DNA from: Alloascoidea hylecoeti
Lineage: Eukaryota
NCBI GenBank assembly: GCA_001600815.1
Contig: BCKZ01000027.1
Coordinates: 168,000-231,999 of the forward strand
Reading direction: 5' to 3'
DNA: 64,000 nt
Shown here: positions 60,325 to 64,000 of the stretch, one piece after another
Layout of the letters: each line of letters begins with the position of its first letter
Position numbering within the stretch: position 1 is the stretch's first letter
Program-made: the position numbers and the translations under genes
The notes under the pieces: model-generated
Told to the model about the DNA's origin: nothing
The model's database searches: none
Seen by the model: only the letters and a program-made list of their open reading frames with translations

Positions 60325-61890
60325 TATTCAGAGTTGGCATCCTTAGTGACATAGATAGCTGACACCCTATGAGGCATGGAGTCAATCTGCTTATCAATTG
60401 TTCTTCCAATATATATCATGTGGAGGCTCATAATTTTGATTCCAGCCTAGTGATGACTTTTCCTGAGAAGATTCCACACTCAATTAGATTCAAATCTTAG
60501 GCCACTCCAACACCTCTATCTTCTAAAGAAGCCAATTCGGTGTGATTCCTGCTTCATGGATAGGTCTATTGATCTGTTTGAATATGACACTCTTGTCAAT
60601 CTCACCCAATGACATTTACAAAAACTTTAGATATAGGAAAGTGCTGTGGCTCCCTCTCTTCTGCCCCAATTACTATATACTGTGACCCAAATTTCAGTCA
60701 ACGCCATAAGACCCATATACTCAGACTTCACTACACTATAAATAATTTTTTATTCAAAGGCTTGAAACTATTGAGCTGAATACGGCAAATCGTAGAAAAA
60801 CGCTCACAACAAGATTTTCAAAATAGACATCAAAATTATACATTGTAACATCAGAATAATACGATAAGTTAGACTTTAGTAATAATACTATTTTTAATAA
60901 TTTATTTATATTTATTAAAGACCATTTTGAACCAATTACGTTAAAGTCACAAACTCTTTTCTACTGCTGGAGAGTAAAAGATCTAATGCCTTTGAGTCTT
61001 TGTACAATATTTTCACTATAAGAACCCCTTCAATTAAATTAAACTAAATGAAACTATTTAGTGTTATATACAAATGGATGACCAGTCTGTGATGTAAATG
61101 TCCTACTGTCCATGATTGAGCCTTGTAATTCTAATGAAGAATGGATCTTCAATAATATTTGTTACTGATTTTGCAATTCGAGGTTGAAATGCAACAATTC
61201 TGGGTGGCCCACTAAGCTCTTTTAGACCTTCCCGCTTTAATTAATGACTGTAATTTTCCAAATCTGGATCCTGTAACAACCGAATACTAAATATAACACC
61301 ATCTCAAACTTTTTAAGATCATTTCAATATCAATCTATCTTCTAAATCATATATTTTTATTCCTTTATTTCCACTCATTCATAGAAGGGTTTTCACTTTC
61401 CGAAAGTGATCCATATCCATGTTCTTTCTTAAGTTTTATCAGGGTAGGCCTTGATATCTTAACATCGAACTTTGAAGTCAATTGATCAAGCGTATCTGGG
61501 GGTTATCTTTTATAACCTTTAAAATTTGATTAACTGCACTTTCAGTAAATTTACTAGGCTTTCTATTTCGAGTAGGTGTTACTCCAGAAAGATTATTGGA
61601 GTATTTCTTTACTGTACCACTTACAGTTGATTTTGGAATACTAAGCGCATCACTTATCTCACCATATAAAAAGCCATCTTTATATAAATTACAAATTTCA
61701 ATTCGTTTTTCGGGTTTTAAATATTTTCTGGAATTATTAATATTGCTATTTGAAAGATTAATCTCGGGCAATTGAACCCTAGGGGCTATTTTATACTACA
61801 GATTGATTGTGTTTGTAGGGGGTGCCCAAACGTCCTCAGGTTTGATTTTTGATTTTACCCGGTCAGGTCTCATCATATTTTGGCCGGTAC
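60325..61890 (-). mobile_element. Decayed Tc1/mariner DNA transposon
   Basis: N-terminal HTH ORF 61478-61771 (EISDALSIPKSTVSGTVKKY...RKPSKFT); C-terminal IDSMPHRVSAIYVTKDANSEY at ~60325-60390; possible TIR taccggccaaaa at ~61878-61889. Confidence 0.65.
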
Positions 61891-62071
61891 ATACTCTGCA
61901 AAGTATGAATCATAACAATTTCCTCTTTTTTCTTCAACTGTTACCCGCCCGGCATGGTGGTGTCCGATAAGCAATCGCGATCTTTATAAGCTTTCTTAAA
62001 TCTCATTAAAATTCTATGGCTAGTGTCACAAAAATTATTGGTTTTTATATTTAACAAGAAGAAACAAAAAA

Positions 62072-63442
62072 ATGTCATATTCAACACAAAATTTTACAAG
62101 AAATAATGAATCAAGATTATCATTTATTTGTGTTACCTGTTGTACAAAATTCCCAACTGCAGAACTTCAAAGAAAACATATGAAATCTGAATTTCATAGA
62201 TATAATTTAAAAAGAAGAATATCAAATTTACCAAGTATTACTTCTGAAATATTTGTTGAAAAAGTTTTAAAACAACGTGAAGATGAAGAAATTGAAAGGA
62301 AAAGAATTGATGAAAAAAAAAAAAAAAGAAAAAATAAAGGAAAATTACATATTGATAATAATAATCATAATGAAAATGAGTATGAAAGTTCATTTCCTAT
62401 TGATCATATTAGCGTAAATTCTATTGAAAGAATATCAAGTCATAATTCACATTTTTCATTAGGGGAATCAATTGTTACATTATCAACTTTGGATAACAAT
62501 AGTGATTATGATACTTCAGATGTTGAATATGGTTCTATTTCAAGTAAAGTTGATTGTATTCATAAAACTAGTGATATTTCAACAAATAGTTTATTTCAAA
62601 CACAACAAGATTCAATTTCAATTTCAGAAAAGAGAGATGAAGATGAAGATGAACTTGAAAATGATAATGAAGGTAAAAATGAGAATTTCAAAACTCATTG
62701 CATTTATTGTAATACAATTTCCAGAACAATTGAATTAAATATAACACATATGTTTCAAAAACATGGTATGTATATACCAGAAAAATCATATTTAATAGAT
62801 TTAAATGGATTAATTAAGTATTTATTTGAAAAAATCAGATATGAATTTAAATGTAATTATTGTTCATTTAAAGGAAAAAGTTTAGAAAGTATTTTATCTC
62901 ATGTTTTAATGAAAAATCATTCAATGATACCATATGAAACAATTGATGAAAGAAAAGAATTAGAATCATTTTATGATTATTCTTTAATTTATGGTAAAGA
63001 TTCAAAAAGGATAAATAAAAAATCCAAATTAAATGAAGTGATTAATTTTAATGAAAATGATTCAAACGATATCGATGGTTTGGAAGAAGTTAAAGAAGAA
63101 GAAGAAGAAGAAGAAGAAAATGATATGATTGCATATACAGATATTACAGGATGTGAATTGATTCTTCCTAATGGTAATTGTTTAGGCCATAGATCATTTG
63201 CACGTTATTATAGACAACATCTACGTCCTGATAGAGATCATACAAGTTCAAGAGAAGTTATTATTTCCCAGGAACGAAGAGAACACAATTTAGCAGTTTC
63301 TACAGAAATTTCAAAGGCTAGAGTAGCACAAAGAAATGAATGGAAAGCTAGTATAAAGAACGAACAAATTAAAGTCAGGTATAACGTAAAAAGAAAAAGC
63401 CTTGTGAATAATTTTAAACGGGCACCGGTATCATTATTTTGA
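62072..63442 (+). CDS. REI1: Pre-60S C2H2 zinc-finger factor Rei1/Reh1
   Basis: CVTC...QRKHMKSEFHRYNLKRR, CIYC...HMFQKHGMYIPE, ELILPNGNCLGHRSFARYYRQ. Confidence 0.85.
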   Translation: MSYSTQNFTRNNESRLSFICVTCCTKFPTAELQRKHMKSEFHRYNLKRRISNLPSITSEIFVEKVLKQREDEEIERKRIDEKKKKRKNKGKLHIDNNNHNENEYESSFPIDHISVNSIERISSHNSHFSLGESIVTLSTLDNNSDYDTSDVEYGSISSKVDCIHKTSDISTNSLFQTQQDSISISEKRDEDEDELENDNEGKNENFKTHCIYCNTISRTIELNITHMFQKHGMYIPEKSYLIDLNGLIKYLFEKIRYEFKCNYCSFKGKSLESILSHVLMKNHSMIPYETIDERKELESFYDYSLIYGKDSKRINKKSKLNEVINFNENDSNDIDGLEEVKEEEEEEEENDMIAYTDITGCELILPNGNCLGHRSFARYYRQHLRPDRDHTSSREVIISQERREHNLAVSTEISKARVAQRNEWKASIKNEQIKVRYNVKRKSLVNNFKRAPVSLF

Positions 63443-63683
63443 GTCGTATGCATATATTGGACTATTATTAATATTTGATATTTGGTTCGTATAGTTTTCT
63501 TTACATTACTACAGGAAGTTATTTGTTTTGATATGGATATTGATTTAAATTTATATTAATTGAGGTGTACATATATAAATTTGGTTTGAGCCCATTTAAA
63601 CGCTAACATAACGCAAAAAGACAATAAGTTTTAGTTATAAATAAATAACAATACAAAGAACAACATTTTAATTTTGTGTAACG

Positions 63684-63875
63684 TTAAACCGTAATGTTAG
63701 CATGATGTCTCCTTCCGAAACAATGATGTCTTCTGTGAACTCTAGTTGTTGTTGTTGTCGCCATTCTTCTTCTATGGAAGATCCTTGGAAATCTTAAATG
63801 AATACCACTTGTGCCTGATCCTGCACTAGCGTGGTGAGTACCTGTAAGTGGATTTCTGTGAATATGTAAGCCCAT
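63684..63875 (-). CDS. Candidate small Arg/His/Thr-rich basic protein (63 aa)
   Basis: ATG in A-rich context (aaaaaATGG), higher GC than flanks, TTTTT and RRHH motifs. Confidence 0.45.
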   Translation of the reverse strand: MGLHIHRNPLTGTHHASAGSGTSGIHLRFPRIFHRRRMATTTTTRVHRRHHCFGRRHHANITV

Positions 63876-64000
63876 TTTTTAGAATTGATTATAAAGTAAT
63901 TTAATCTGATGAATATACATTATTATAGGAATAAATGGGGTTTTTATACACATTTGACAAGACAAAGAATGTTGCAATTAGATGATCACATATTATTTAT

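Overview
AT-rich, intron-bearing budding-yeast (Saccharomycotina-like) chromosomal DNA. An early-diverging lineage such as Dipodascus/Geotrichum is plausible but is only an inference. Most genes are conserved housekeeping genes: GZF3/DAL80-like GATA factor, ARP4, MIC60, a small HSP, RPC40, MDM38, TIM44, ULP2-like protease, URE2, PEX13, an ornithine cyclodeaminase-like gene, PLC1, SRM1/RCC1, VPS51, an ALY-type arrestin and REI1. The most striking feature is a retroelement island at ~15.7-22.9 kb built around two divergent tRNA genes (Phe-GAA, Pro-TGG). Each tRNA has a Ty3/gypsy-type LTR 12-13 bp upstream and 5'-truncated, poly(A)-tailed L1-like LINE ends starting about 35-45 bp downstream in the same orientation. 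Three such LINE ends are stacked head-to-tail behind tRNA-Pro. This suggests a tRNA-3'-targeted LINE family, reminiscent of Dictyostelium TRE3. Other notable items are a catalase-T-like enzyme with a signal peptide, an endopolygalacturonase, a mitochondrial-presequence RRM/RGG protein, two sharp GC-rich islands that cut through coding sequence, and Tc1/mariner relics.
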